From the NCBI GenBank assembly GCA_938017905.1, contig CALIKX010000031.1, forward strand, positions 16,563-80,562: a stretch of 64,000 bases of DNA, read 5' to 3'. A program made the translations under genes and the position numbers. Under the pieces are notes generated by a model. It was not told where the DNA came from and made no database searches. It saw nothing but the letters and a program-made list of their open reading frames with translations. Every line of letters begins with the position of its first letter. Position 1 is the stretch's first letter. Source of the DNA: an uncultured Thermoleophilia bacterium. GTDB lineage: Bacteria; Actinomycetota; Thermoleophilia; Miltoncostaeales; Miltoncostaeaceae. Positions 49,413-59,159 of this stretch are shown one piece after another.

Positions 49413-51047
49413 TCAGGGGTTGATCTCCACGGGCATTCCCACGGCCACGTCCTCGTAGAGCTCCTCCACCTCGGGGATGTGCATGCGCAGGCAGCCGTGG
49501 CTGGCTGCGCTGCCGATGGAGTAGTCGGCGTAAGTGCCATGGATGCCGATCGCGGGCGCCGAGGTGCCGATCCAGCGGGTGCCCAGCGGGTTGCCCTCAC
49601 CGGGCGGGATCGGCCCGAGCCCCTCGGCCCACGGGGAGTCGGGCGGCTTCCACGTGGGGTTCTTCTCCTTCGTCACGATCTTGTAGGTGCCGGTGGGGGT
49701 GGGGTACTGCGTGGTGCCCACGGCCACGCGGTAGGTCTTCTTCTTCTTCCCATCGCGGTACAGCGTGAGGGTGCGCGCCGACAGGTCCACCTGGATCTTC
49801 CCCACGAGCGCCCGCAGGGTGCGGGCGTCCACCCTGCCGTTCACCGGCAGCGTGTGCTTCTTCTGGTACTTCTCGACGGCGGTCACCGTCTTGGCGTCGT
49901 ACTTCCCGGTGGAACCGCCCTTCCACACCCCGGCCTGGCCCAGCCGCTCCTGCAGTTGCGTCACATCCGCGCCGATCGCGCCCTTCATCAGCTGGGACGC
50001 GCCGAACTCCGATGAGGTGTCCACGAAGGAGGTGAACTGCTTGCGGGCCACGTTGCCGCCGGGGTCGCGTACCCACACCGAGATCGTGTTCTGGCCCTCG
50101 GCCAGCTTGCCCGGGAACAGCGCGAACGTGTTGCCGTTGATCGTGAGGCTGGGCGGGTTGCCGCCCGACGCGGGCACATCGGCGGTGGCCTTCTTGCCGC
50201 CCACGGCGTCGCGGCCACGCAGAATGGGGATCTGGCGCCCGTTGATCTTCGCGCCGAAGAGCAGATCGCGCGGCTTGTCGCCCCCCACGCGTCCGTAGAT
50301 GATCGGCTCCGCCGTGGTGGTCAGCTTGATCAACTGCTTCGTGCCGGACAGCGACAGCGTCGGCACCTTGGTGTCCACGATCACGCGCTTCTTCTTCGTG
50401 GTCGTGTTGCCCGCGGGGTCTGTCGCCGTGACGGTCACCGCGCTCCGGCCCTCCGGCAGCCGCGCAGTGGCCGACCATGCCCCGCCGGTGCCGTCCGCCC
50501 GGGTCGTGACCTCGCCGCCCTTCCAGGTGATCGCCACCGTGCTGCCCTGCTGGGTGGTTCCGGCGAACACAACATCATGCGTGGTGCTGCCGCCGAGCGC
50601 CGGCTTGTCCACCGCAAGTTCCGGTGGGGTGGTGTCCACGGTGAACTCCCACTCGGCGGATGCCCCCCGCGAGAACAGGTTGCTCGCGGAGTAGGACACC
50701 GACATCACGTGACGGCCGTCGGCCAGGTCCGGGGCGTTGATGACCAGGCCATCGCCGGCGCCTCCCACAGAGCCGGTGATGTCCGTGCCGTCCAGCGTCA
50801 CGCGCAGGTCGGACATCGCACCCGATGTCGTGCCGACCACGATCGGCAGCGTGCCCGGGTTGATCGATCCCCCCGCGCGGGGCTGCAGCGGGTCCACCAC
50901 CGGGCGGGTCGTCCACTCGACGACCAGGAATGCCGCGACCAGTCCGAGCGCGACGATCCCGGTCACGATCACCGTGACAAGCCCGCTCCGTGTGCCGAGT
51001 ACCCGCATGCCCCCCATGGCCCGTCTGACGCGGTCGCAACCTAGCAT
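49413..51047 (-). CDS. L,D-transpeptidase (YkuD) with an N-terminal TM anchor, Ig-like repeats and a PG_binding_1 domain
   Basis: C-terminal catalytic IGIHGT......G.AASHGCLRM. The PG-binding region is LQERLGQAG...G..DAKT..AV.KYQ. The start may instead be an internal Met at ~51008. Confidence 0.85.
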   Translation of the reverse strand: MLGCDRVRRAMGGMRVLGTRSGLVTVIVTGIVALGLVAAFLVVEWTTRPVVDPLQPRAGGSINPGTLPIVVGTTSGAMSDLRVTLDGTDITGSVGGAGDGLVINAPDLADGRHVMSVSYSASNLFSRGASAEWEFTVDTTPPELAVDKPALGGSTTHDVVFAGTTQQGSTVAITWKGGEVTTRADGTGGAWSATARLPEGRSAVTVTATDPAGNTTTKKKRVIVDTKVPTLSLSGTKQLIKLTTTAEPIIYGRVGGDKPRDLLFGAKINGRQIPILRGRDAVGGKKATADVPASGGNPPSLTINGNTFALFPGKLAEGQNTISVWVRDPGGNVARKQFTSFVDTSSEFGASQLMKGAIGADVTQLQERLGQAGVWKGGSTGKYDAKTVTAVEKYQKKHTLPVNGRVDARTLRALVGKIQVDLSARTLTLYRDGKKKKTYRVAVGTTQYPTPTGTYKIVTKEKNPTWKPPDSPWAEGLGPIPPGEGNPLGTRWIGTSAPAIGIHGTYADYSIGSAASHGCLRMHIPEVEELYEDVAVGMPVEINP

Positions 51048-51124
51048 CCGTCACACGCGTCATCCTGACCGGATGGGCGGGTCGCAACACCGCGCCACAT
51101 GCGGCAATCCGGGAGGCCGCGACC

Positions 51125-51934
51125 TCAGTCCGCCAGGTGGCGCATGAGCGCCAGGACCCCCCCGGTTCCCGGCACGGTGGCATCCGCCGCGCACCGCACC
51201 ACGGGGTCCACCTCGGGGCCGTCCGCCACCACGCACCAGGCGTCGTCCAGTTCCCCCTGCGCGTGCATGCGCCGCATCTCACGCCAGGCATCGGCGTCCG
51301 TGTGGTCGTCGCCCACGTAGAGGATCCGCCGCGCGCCGGATTCCCGCGCGATGGCCCGGAGCGCCGTGCCCTTGTCCACGTCGACGTCGGGCAGCAGTTC
51401 CAGGATCATCTTCCCGTCGCGCGTCCGCAGGCCGTGCGCCACTGCGGCGGGGCGGATCTGGGCCCGCAGCCATTCCCCGGCGGCACGCGGGTCGCGCGCC
51501 TCGCGGTAGTGCAGGCTCACCGATGCCCCTTTGTCCTCCACCCACGCGCCTTGCGTGGCGAGCGCGTCCCGGTCCAGTGCGTTCACGAACGCGCGCAGGT
51601 GGGCCACGGGCGCCGCGGCCTCGGGCACCATGTGGGGGTCGTGCCCCGCCGCCGCCACCTCCAGCCCGTGGTTCCCTCCCCGCGCGATGCCGGAGACCGG
51701 CACCATGCGCTCCACGTCCGCCATCGCCCGCCCGCTGATGGCCCCCACCAGCAGGTAACGGTCCGTCAGCACCGACAGCAGGTCGAGGGCCTCGGCGGGC
51801 ACGCGGGCATCGGCGGCATTCGGCACGATCGGGGCGAGCACGCCGTCGATGTCGAACAGCAGGCCGGTGCGCGCGCCGTCCCCGCGCGCGGCAGCGGCAA
51901 TGCCGAGCACCTGTGCATCGAGGGGAGCCACCAC
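51125..51934 (-). CDS. otsB: Trehalose-6-phosphate phosphatase (HAD-IIB)
   Basis: LLFDIDGVLAPIV, AISGR, GNHGLE, and YVGDD.TD. Confidence 0.8.
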   Translation of the reverse strand: MVAPLDAQVLGIAAAARGDGARTGLLFDIDGVLAPIVPNAADARVPAEALDLLSVLTDRYLLVGAISGRAMADVERMVPVSGIARGGNHGLEVAAAGHDPHMVPEAAAPVAHLRAFVNALDRDALATQGAWVEDKGASVSLHYREARDPRAAGEWLRAQIRPAAVAHGLRTRDGKMILELLPDVDVDKGTALRAIARESGARRILYVGDDHTDADAWREMRRMHAQGELDDAWCVVADGPEVDPVVRCAADATVPGTGGVLALMRHLAD

Positions 51935-51959
51935 GCCCGGTCACGCTAACACGGGCGCG

Positions 51960-52322
51960 GTGTCGCCCCCGGTCGTCCGCCTGCTCGTGGTGGGTCTGGC
52001 GGGAGGCGCGTTCTCGGGCCTCCTGGGCGTGGGCGGCGGCGCCGTCATCGTTCCCCTGCTCATGGCCCTTGCGTGGATGGACGCCCGCCACGCCACCGCG
52101 ACCTCCCTGGCCTCCATCGCCATCATCGCCGTGTGGGGGGTGGCCAGCTACGCCGCGCTCGGGAATGTCGACTGGCTGCTCGCGATGGTGGTGGGAATCC
52201 CCGCCCTCGCCGGAACGCTCATCGGGGTCCGGTTGCGGGCCCGGGTGTCCACGCAGGTCATCGCCCGCGCGTTCGCCGTGCTGCTGCTGGCCTCCGCCAT
52301 CGCCCTGGTGGTGGCGCATTGA
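51960..52322 (+). CDS. Half-size TauE/SafE-family membrane protein (4 TM)
   Basis: GGAFSGLLGVGGGAVIVPLL motif. 120 aa. GTG start. Confidence 0.6.
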   Translation: MSPPVVRLLVVGLAGGAFSGLLGVGGGAVIVPLLMALAWMDARHATATSLASIAIIAVWGVASYAALGNVDWLLAMVVGIPALAGTLIGVRLRARVSTQVIARAFAVLLLASAIALVVAH

Positions 52323-52690
52323 CCCCCTACGTCATCGCCGCGCTCGTCGGCGTGGTCGCGGGCGTCGTGGCGGCCCTCACCGGCGTGGGCGGGGGCATCC
52401 TGTTCGTGCCGGCGCTCACCCTGGCGCTCGGGCTGCCGCAGGTGACCGCCGAGGGCACGTCGCTGCTCGCCATCATCCCGGTGGCGCTGCTCGCCACGTT
52501 CCTGCAGCGGCGCAGTGGCGAGGTCCACCTGCGGGCCGCGGTGCTCGTGGGCATCGGCGCCATCCCGGCGGCCATCGCCGCGGCCATCGCCGCCCACTAC
52601 CTGCCGGAACTCGCCCTGAGGGTGGTGTTCGCCCTACTGATGGTCGTCATCGCCGTCCGGGTGTGGATGTCCACCTCCTCTTCCGGGTGA
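52319..52690 (+). CDS. Half-size TauE/SafE-family membrane protein (4 TM), paralogous to the preceding gene
   Basis: AALTGVGGGILFVPAL motif. TTG 52319 overlaps the upstream TGA (TTGA). Confidence 0.55.
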   Translation: MTPYVIAALVGVVAGVVAALTGVGGGILFVPALTLALGLPQVTAEGTSLLAIIPVALLATFLQRRSGEVHLRAAVLVGIGAIPAAIAAAIAAHYLPELALRVVFALLMVVIAVRVWMSTSSSG

Positions 52691-52773
52691 TGCCGCACGG
52701 CCCGCGCAGGTGTAAATTCCGCGAGCCAGTCCCCCATCATCAGACCCACAACGGAATACGGAGCAGGTTGACC

Positions 52774-53382
52774 ATGATCACCACTCCCGTCGAGATGCCG
52801 GAGCCCCCCATCCGGCGGCCGCGTGGCCGCCCCCGCGACCCGCGCGTGGAGGGCGTCGTGCTTGGCGCCACCCGGGCGCTATTGCTGGAGCGCGGCTTCG
52901 GGCGCCTCACCATCGCCGCGGTGGCCGAGTCGGCCGGCGTCGGCAAGGGCACCATCTACCTGCGGTGGCCCGACAAGCAGTCACTGGTGGTGTCGGCCCT
53001 GGCCGAGGTGTGGGAGCCCATCGCCGAGCCGGACACCGGCAACCTGCGCGACGACCTCCTCGCCATCACCCGTGTGGTGAGCATCAATCTCAACGGCGTT
53101 CCGGGGAAGCTGCTCGCCGCCGTCGTGGGTGAGATGCCGCGTTATCCTGGCCTCCACGCGCTGTGGATGAACGACGTCCTGGCGCCCTGGACGCGGGTCA
53201 TCGTGGCCGTGCTGCAGCGCGGCATCGACCGTGGCGAGATGCGTCCCGGCATCGACTCCGCGGTGGCCGTGGAGTCCCTCATCGGCCCCATCCTCTCCAC
53301 CAGCACCATGCGCGGTCGCCGCATCACTCCGAAGCAGAACGCGGCGTTCGTGGACATCTTTCTGCGCGGGGTCGCCCCGTAG
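52774..53382 (+). CDS. TetR/AcrR family transcriptional regulator
   Basis: GF..LTI.AVAE.AGVGKGTIY.RWP.K is an HTH motif. Confidence 0.88.
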   Translation: MITTPVEMPEPPIRRPRGRPRDPRVEGVVLGATRALLLERGFGRLTIAAVAESAGVGKGTIYLRWPDKQSLVVSALAEVWEPIAEPDTGNLRDDLLAITRVVSINLNGVPGKLLAAVVGEMPRYPGLHALWMNDVLAPWTRVIVAVLQRGIDRGEMRPGIDSAVAVESLIGPILSTSTMRGRRITPKQNAAFVDIFLRGVAP

Positions 53383-53404
53383 GGAACGACCGCGGCCCGC
53401 GCGG

Positions 53405-54853
53405 CTAGGGGATGATCAGCGCGCGGGCAGCGTCCGCGCACACGTCCAGCATGGGCTGCGCCGCGATGGCCAGCCCGACGATGGCCACGGCGCCGGTCAC
53501 GGCCACGGCTGCCACGGCGGGCGGCACGCGCAGGCGCCGCACAGTGCTGCGGTCGTCGGCGGGCGGGCCCCACATCACGATCACCACGCGCAGGTAGTAG
53601 ACCACGCTGATCACGCTGGCCACGGCGCCCACGATCGCCAGCCACGTCATTCCGGCGTCCACGGCCGATCCGAACAGCAGGAACTTGCCCACGAACCCGG
53701 CGAAGGGCGGGAACCCGGCCAGCGACACCATCGCGAGGGTCATCACCACCCCGGCCCACGGGCGCGCGCGCCCGTACCCGGCCATGGCCGTCAATTGGTC
53801 GCCATCCTCCACCTCGCGCTCGCGCAGGATGACGATGGCGAACGCCGCCAGGGTCATCGCCACGTAGGCGAACAGGTAGTAGATGAGCGCCTCGGCGCCC
53901 GCGGTGGTGCCGACGGCCACCCCGATCAGCAGGTATCCCGCCTGGGCGATGCTGGACCACGCCAGCATGCGCTTGACGTTGTCCTGCAGCAGTGCGCCAA
54001 CGTTGCCCACCACCATGGTGGCCACCGCCAACGCGCCGATGAGGCCGCGCCAGTCTCCGGATGCCTGCGAGGTGGCGCCGGTGAACAGCAGCAGGAACGC
54101 GCCCATGGCGGCGGCCTTGGTGCCGGTGCCCATGAAGGCCGTCACCGGGGTGGGCGCACCCTGGTACACGTCGGGCGTCCACATGTGGAAGGGCACGGCA
54201 CTCGCCTTGAAGCCCAGCGCCACCACGATCAGCACGATCGCCGCGATCAGCAGGGGATCGGATGCCAGCCCGCCCACCGAGTCGAGGCGCGTCGCGATGC
54301 CCGCCAGCGAGGTCGTGCCGGTCACGCCGTAGAGCAGGGCGAACCCGTACACCAGCAGCGCGGTGCCGATTGAGCCGGTGATCAGGTACTTCAGCCCGCT
54401 CTCCAGCGACCGCTCGCGCGCCACCTCCATGGCGCACAGGATGTACAGCGATACCGACAGCAGTTCGATGCCGATGAACAGGGTGATCAGGTCGCCGCTC
54501 ATCACGGTGAGCATCATCCCGGTGGCGGCCGCCAGCACCAGCCCGGTGAACTCCCTCCGGCGTCCTGCGGCGGCGGGCTCGCCCCACCCCAGCAGCAGCG
54601 TGGCCAGGGCCGCGATCATGATGACCCAGGTCATCAGCAGCCCGAAGCGGTCGATGCGGAGCTCGCCGTTGAAGGCCACCTGGCGCTCGCCCCACTGGGT
54701 GACGGTGATGGCGAGGGTGGCGACGATGCCGGCAATGCCGATGGCCTCGGGCAGGCGCCGCGCGGAGGCCGGTAGCGGGACCACGGCCAGCACGATCGCC
54801 GCCACGGTCACGGCCGCCATCACGTACAGGGTGAGTGCCGCTCCGGCGTTCAC
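53405..54853 (-). CDS. nuoN: NADH-quinone oxidoreductase subunit N
   Basis: GTG 54853 overlaps the nuoM stop (GTGA). Polytopic, with PFH.W.PDVY.GAP. Confidence 0.9.
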   Translation of the reverse strand: MNAGAALTLYVMAAVTVAAIVLAVVPLPASARRLPEAIGIAGIVATLAITVTQWGERQVAFNGELRIDRFGLLMTWVIMIAALATLLLGWGEPAAAGRRREFTGLVLAAATGMMLTVMSGDLITLFIGIELLSVSLYILCAMEVARERSLESGLKYLITGSIGTALLVYGFALLYGVTGTTSLAGIATRLDSVGGLASDPLLIAAIVLIVVALGFKASAVPFHMWTPDVYQGAPTPVTAFMGTGTKAAAMGAFLLLFTGATSQASGDWRGLIGALAVATMVVGNVGALLQDNVKRMLAWSSIAQAGYLLIGVAVGTTAGAEALIYYLFAYVAMTLAAFAIVILREREVEDGDQLTAMAGYGRARPWAGVVMTLAMVSLAGFPPFAGFVGKFLLFGSAVDAGMTWLAIVGAVASVISVVYYLRVVIVMWGPPADDRSTVRRLRVPPAVAAVAVTGAVAIVGLAIAAQPMLDVCADAARALIIP

Positions 54854-56415
54854 GGGCGCTCCGCGGGGTCGGTGGCCGGGGTCATCGCGGCGCGCGCGGG
54901 CAGCACGCCGATCTGCTCCACCGGGCGGCCCTCGGCCACCTGGGCCGGGGCCAGAGCCAGGTCGGTGCTGGCACGGGTGGCCCCCACCAGGCTGCCGGGC
55001 CACAGGGCGATCCACACCATCATCAGGATCAGGGGCACCAGGATGATCGCGTCGCGCGCGCCCATCTCCGCCGCACGCCCGTCGTCCGTCACGCCGCGCA
55101 CCGGGCCGTTCATCGTGCCCTGATACATCCGCAGCATGTAGACCGCGGCATAGATGACGCCCAGCATGGCGATCACCGCCATCCATGCGTACTGGTCGAA
55201 CACGCCGCCGAGGATGAAGAACTCGCCCACGAAGGCGTTGGACCCGGGCAGGGCGAGGGCCGCCATGGTCACGAACAGGAAGGCCACGGCCAGGCGCGGC
55301 GCGCCCTTGGCCAGCCCGCCCAGGCGGTCCATGTCGCCGGTGCCCGTTCCCCGGCTGATCATCATGACCACGGCGAATGCCGCGGCGGCCACGATGCCGT
55401 GGTTGATCATCTGCAGCACCGCACCCTGTGCCGCCATGCGGTCGATCACGATGATGCCCAGCACGATGAAGCCCAGGTGGGCCACGCTGGAGTAGCCCAC
55501 CAGCAGGCGCATGGTGGGAGCCCGCCAGGCAAGCAGCGACCCGTACACGATCCCGATCAGCGCCAGGATGGCCACGGGGATCAGGAGGTTCCCGATGCCC
55601 TCGGGGAACACCGGCACGCCGATGCGCAGCAGGCCGTACACGCCCGCCTTGCTCATCACGGCGGCCAGGAGGATGGTCACCACGATCGGCGCCTGCGAGT
55701 ACGCGCGCGGCAGCCACCCGTGGAACGGCCAGAGGGGGATCTTGATGGCGAAGGCGATCAGGAACCCGGCCAGCAGGAGCGTGCTGGTGGCCTCTCCGAA
55801 GGCCACGCCCTGCATGTCGCGGATGAGGAAGCTCAGCTCGCCCGTGGCGTCCATGGCGGTCAGCGCGGTGGCGATGATGGCCACCAGCATCAGCAGCGAT
55901 CCGGCCATCGTGTAGACCACGAAGATCATCCCGGTGCCACGCCGGTCGTCCCCGCCCCAGTTCCAGATGAGCAGCGCGAACGGGATGAGCATGAACTCCC
56001 AGAACACGTAGAAGAGGATCAGGTCGCCCGCGGTGAACAGGCCAAGCAGGGCGGCCTGGGCCAGCATGATCAGCGCCAGGAAGGCCGGTCCACGGCGCTC
56101 GGGCAGCCGCTGGCATGCGGCGATGGTGCCCAGCGTGAAGATCACGGTGGTCAGGAGCACCAGCCAGAGCGAGATGCCGTCCACCCCCACGTCCCACGAC
56201 ACGCCGGCGGCGGGGATCCAGTCCAGGTGATCCACCTGCTGCATCACGGCCATGTCGCGGTCGAACAGCGCCACCACGATGATCGAGATGGCCAGCGTGG
56301 CAAGCGAGCCGATCAGCGCCACGCCGCGCGCCGCCCGCCGCTCGCGGGCGGGCAGCACGCCCAGCACCACGGCCGCGGCGAGGGGAACGAGGATGAGCAG
56401 GCTCACCCAGGGCAT
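54850..56415 (-). CDS. nuoM: NADH-quinone oxidoreductase subunit M
   Basis: FA.K.P..PFH.WLP.A, 521 aa, position in the operon. Confidence 0.92.
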   Translation of the reverse strand: MPWVSLLILVPLAAAVVLGVLPARERRAARGVALIGSLATLAISIIVVALFDRDMAVMQQVDHLDWIPAAGVSWDVGVDGISLWLVLLTTVIFTLGTIAACQRLPERRGPAFLALIMLAQAALLGLFTAGDLILFYVFWEFMLIPFALLIWNWGGDDRRGTGMIFVVYTMAGSLLMLVAIIATALTAMDATGELSFLIRDMQGVAFGEATSTLLLAGFLIAFAIKIPLWPFHGWLPRAYSQAPIVVTILLAAVMSKAGVYGLLRIGVPVFPEGIGNLLIPVAILALIGIVYGSLLAWRAPTMRLLVGYSSVAHLGFIVLGIIVIDRMAAQGAVLQMINHGIVAAAAFAVVMMISRGTGTGDMDRLGGLAKGAPRLAVAFLFVTMAALALPGSNAFVGEFFILGGVFDQYAWMAVIAMLGVIYAAVYMLRMYQGTMNGPVRGVTDDGRAAEMGARDAIILVPLILMMVWIALWPGSLVGATRASTDLALAPAQVAEGRPVEQIGVLPARAAMTPATDPAERP

Positions 56416-58331
56416 CAGGAGCCCCCTGCCGCGATCAGCGCGGCAACGATGCCCGCCAGCGCGATGCCCAGCACCATCCAGAAGGCGTAGGCGCGCACCA
56501 TCCCGCTCTGGGACGACCTCACCAGGCGTGCCGCGCCGCGCACGAATGCCACGGTTCCGGTGATGATGCCCTGCGGCCCCGCGGGCTCCACGCGGGTCAG
56601 CATCACGTCGGCCATCTCGCGGCCGGGCTCCACGAACACGTCGTCGTAGGCCTCATCGAACCGCCAGGCGTCGTCCATCACGGCGCGCGGGCCGCGTGCG
56701 ATGGCGGCCAGCCGGATGCGCCGCTCGGGGTCGGCCCCGAACAGCCACCAGGCCAGTCCGATGCCGCCCAGCGCCATCACCACCGATACGATGATGGTCA
56801 CCACCTCGGTGGCGTGCGTGGGCTCGACGATGGCCGGTCCCTCGCCGGTGACCGGCAGGAGCCAGTCGCTGATCTCGGTCCATCCGAAGGGCAGCTGCAG
56901 CCATCCGCCCACGATGCTCAGGATCCCCAGCACCACCACGGGCACGGACATCCACCACCGCGAGGGGTGGGGTGCCGGCTGGTAGCCGCCCGCGGGCTCG
57001 GGCCCGAAGAACGCGCGGAACAGCAGGCGGAACATGTAGAGCGCGGTCAGGAACGCGCCGATGATGCCCACCACCCAGCAGAACACCCCGATCGCGCCGC
57101 CGTTCAGGGCGCTTGCCAGCACGTCGTCCTTGGCGAAGAAGCCCGCGAACCCGGGCACGCCGGCGATGGCCAGGCAGCCCGCGCCCATACCGAAGTAGGC
57201 CACCCGCAGGTACTTCCGCAGGCCCCCCATGCGGTCCAGGCTCTGCTCATCGTGCAGCGCGTGGATGACCACGCCGGCCGCCAGGAACAGCGCCGCCTTG
57301 TAGAAGGCGTGGGCCATCAGCATGAACATTCCGCTGGCGTAGGCGCCCAGGCCAACGGCCATGATCATGTAGCCCACCTGGCTCACCGTGGACCATGCGA
57401 GCACGCGCTTGATGTCCACCTGCTGCAGGGCCACGGTGGCCGCCATCAGCAGGGTGATTGCACCCACCACGGCCACGATGTCGCCCGCCAGCCACGAGAG
57501 GTCGAAGAACGCGTGGCAGCGCACGATCAGGTACACGCCGGCCGTCACCATGGTGGCCGCGTGGATCAGGGCGCTCACCGGGGTGGGCCCCTCCATGGCA
57601 TCCGGCAGCCATGTGTGCAGCGGAACCTGGGCGCTCTTGGCCGCGGCGCCCACGAACAGCAGCAGGCAGATGGCCAGCACGGTCCCCGAGTTCGCCCCCA
57701 GGCCGGACGCCCCGGCGAACGCCTCGCCGTAGTCCAGCGTGCCCAGTTCGCGCAGGATCAGGAACGCCGCCAGCACCAGGCCCACATCGCCGATCACGTT
57801 GATGACGAAGGCCTTCTTGGCGGCGGCCACGGCGGCGGGCCTCTCGTACCAGAAGCCGATCAGCAGGTACGACGCCAACCCCACGAACGCCCAGCCGACG
57901 ATGAGGAAGAAGAAGTTGCCGGCCAGCACCAGCAGCAGCATCGAGAACACGAACAGGTTCATGCTCGCGAAGAACCGGCGGTAGTCGCGGTCGCGCTCCA
58001 TGTACTCGGCCGAGTACAGGTGGATCAGGAATCCCACACCGGTGATGATCAGCATCATCATCACGCTGAGCGGGTCCACCAGGATCGACAGGTCCACGTC
58101 GGTGCCGGCGATGGAGATCCACTCGAATGCGCTGGAGGTGAACGACCGGTCGTCCGCGGCATTCCCCAGCAGGCCAACGAAAACGGCCACCGACAGCGCG
58201 AAGCTGATGAGGATGCTGCCGATGCCCAGCAGGCGGGTGACCGCGTGCGGCGGCTCGCCCGGCCACCCGGCCAGCACGATCCCGCTGATCAGCGGCACTA
58301 CAAGGACGATCCACGCAAGCGCGGTGGCCAC
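56415..58331 (-). CDS. nuoL: NADH-quinone oxidoreductase subunit L
   Basis: GA..KSAQ.PLH.WLPDAMEGPTPVSALIHAATMV. 638 aa. Confidence 0.93.
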   Translation of the reverse strand: MATALAWIVLVVPLISGIVLAGWPGEPPHAVTRLLGIGSILISFALSVAVFVGLLGNAADDRSFTSSAFEWISIAGTDVDLSILVDPLSVMMMLIITGVGFLIHLYSAEYMERDRDYRRFFASMNLFVFSMLLLVLAGNFFFLIVGWAFVGLASYLLIGFWYERPAAVAAAKKAFVINVIGDVGLVLAAFLILRELGTLDYGEAFAGASGLGANSGTVLAICLLLFVGAAAKSAQVPLHTWLPDAMEGPTPVSALIHAATMVTAGVYLIVRCHAFFDLSWLAGDIVAVVGAITLLMAATVALQQVDIKRVLAWSTVSQVGYMIMAVGLGAYASGMFMLMAHAFYKAALFLAAGVVIHALHDEQSLDRMGGLRKYLRVAYFGMGAGCLAIAGVPGFAGFFAKDDVLASALNGGAIGVFCWVVGIIGAFLTALYMFRLLFRAFFGPEPAGGYQPAPHPSRWWMSVPVVVLGILSIVGGWLQLPFGWTEISDWLLPVTGEGPAIVEPTHATEVVTIIVSVVMALGGIGLAWWLFGADPERRIRLAAIARGPRAVMDDAWRFDEAYDDVFVEPGREMADVMLTRVEPAGPQGIITGTVAFVRGAARLVRSSQSGMVRAYAFWMVLGIALAGIVAALIAAGGS

Positions 58332-58335
58332 GGCC

Positions 58336-58641
58336 TCAGCCCCTCATGGACGACATCTCGTCCACGTCCAGTCGGGTGCGCGAGCGGAAGATGGCCACCA
58401 CCAGCCCGAGGCCGATCACCACCTCCGCCGCCGCGACCACCATCACCACCAGGGCGAACACCTGGCCCGAGGGGTCATCCCACAGGCGCGAGAAGCCGAT
58501 CAGCGACACGTTGCCGGCGTTCAGCATCAACTCCACGCTCAGCAGCAGCATCAGGGGGTTGCGGCGGCGCATCACGCCCACCAGCCCCAGCGCCAGCAGG
58601 GCAAGCGACAGCATCAGGTATGCCTCGATGGGCACGTTCAC
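58336..58641 (-). CDS. nuoK: NADH-quinone oxidoreductase subunit K
   Basis: 101 aa, 3 TM, with ..LLS.ELMLNA.N. Confidence 0.9.
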   Translation of the reverse strand: MNVPIEAYLMLSLALLALGLVGVMRRRNPLMLLLSVELMLNAGNVSLIGFSRLWDDPSGQVFALVVMVVAAAEVVIGLGLVVAIFRSRTRLDVDEMSSMRG

Positions 58642-59159
58642 CGGCCGCCCTCCCCTTGCGCGGCGCTGCGCGCCAGGATCACCGCGCCCACGGCGGCCAC
58701 CAGAAGGATGAGCGACGTCACCTCGAACGCCAGCAGGTGATCCGACAGGAAGGCATCGCCGATCGACGCGGGCGTGCCCACGTCGGTGGTGGCGGGCGCG
58801 GCCTCGGCCGGCGCGGAGGAGGAGTCCAGCACCGCCACGGCACCGAACGCGCCTAGGCCGATCACGCCCAGCCAGCCGATCACCTGCCAGCGGTCCAGGC
58901 GGTCGGGCGTGGTCACCTCGCCCCGCTCGCCCAGGTAGGCGATGACGAACAGGAACATCACCACGATGGCCCCGGCGTACACGATCACCTGCACCGCGGC
59001 GGCGAAGGGGGCAAGCAGCACGATGAACAGCAGCGCCACCGACAGCAGGGTGCCGATCAGGCTCACCGCTGCGCGGAAGGCGTCACGGAAGAACACCACC
59101 CCTGTGCCGAACCCCAGCGCGCCGATCGCCGCGACGGCGAAGGTGATTTTCTCACCCAC
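58638..59159 (-). CDS. nuoJ: NADH-quinone oxidoreductase subunit J
   Basis: 173 aa, with VYAGAI.V.FLFV. Confidence 0.85.
   Translation of the reverse strand: MGEKITFAVAAIGALGFGTGVVFFRDAFRAAVSLIGTLLSVALLFIVLLAPFAAAVQVIVYAGAIVVMFLFVIAYLGERGEVTTPDRLDRWQVIGWLGVIGLGAFGAVAVLDSSSAPAEAAPATTDVGTPASIGDAFLSDHLLAFEVTSLILLVAAVGAVILARSAAQGEGGR

Noticed and set aside
52691-52773. Possible TetR operator upstream of the TetR gene (AATTCCG ... CGGAAT arms).
   Set aside because: The arms are only 6-7 nt and are separated by ~35 nt, so this is not a convincing operator palindrome.
53405-56197. A 930-aa minus-strand ORF that looks like a giant fusion of nuoN with upstream sequence.
   Set aside because: Upstream of GTG 54853 the frame overlaps the genuine nuoM frame (54850..56415) and is non-protein-like. 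The nuoN start was set at the GTGA overlap.
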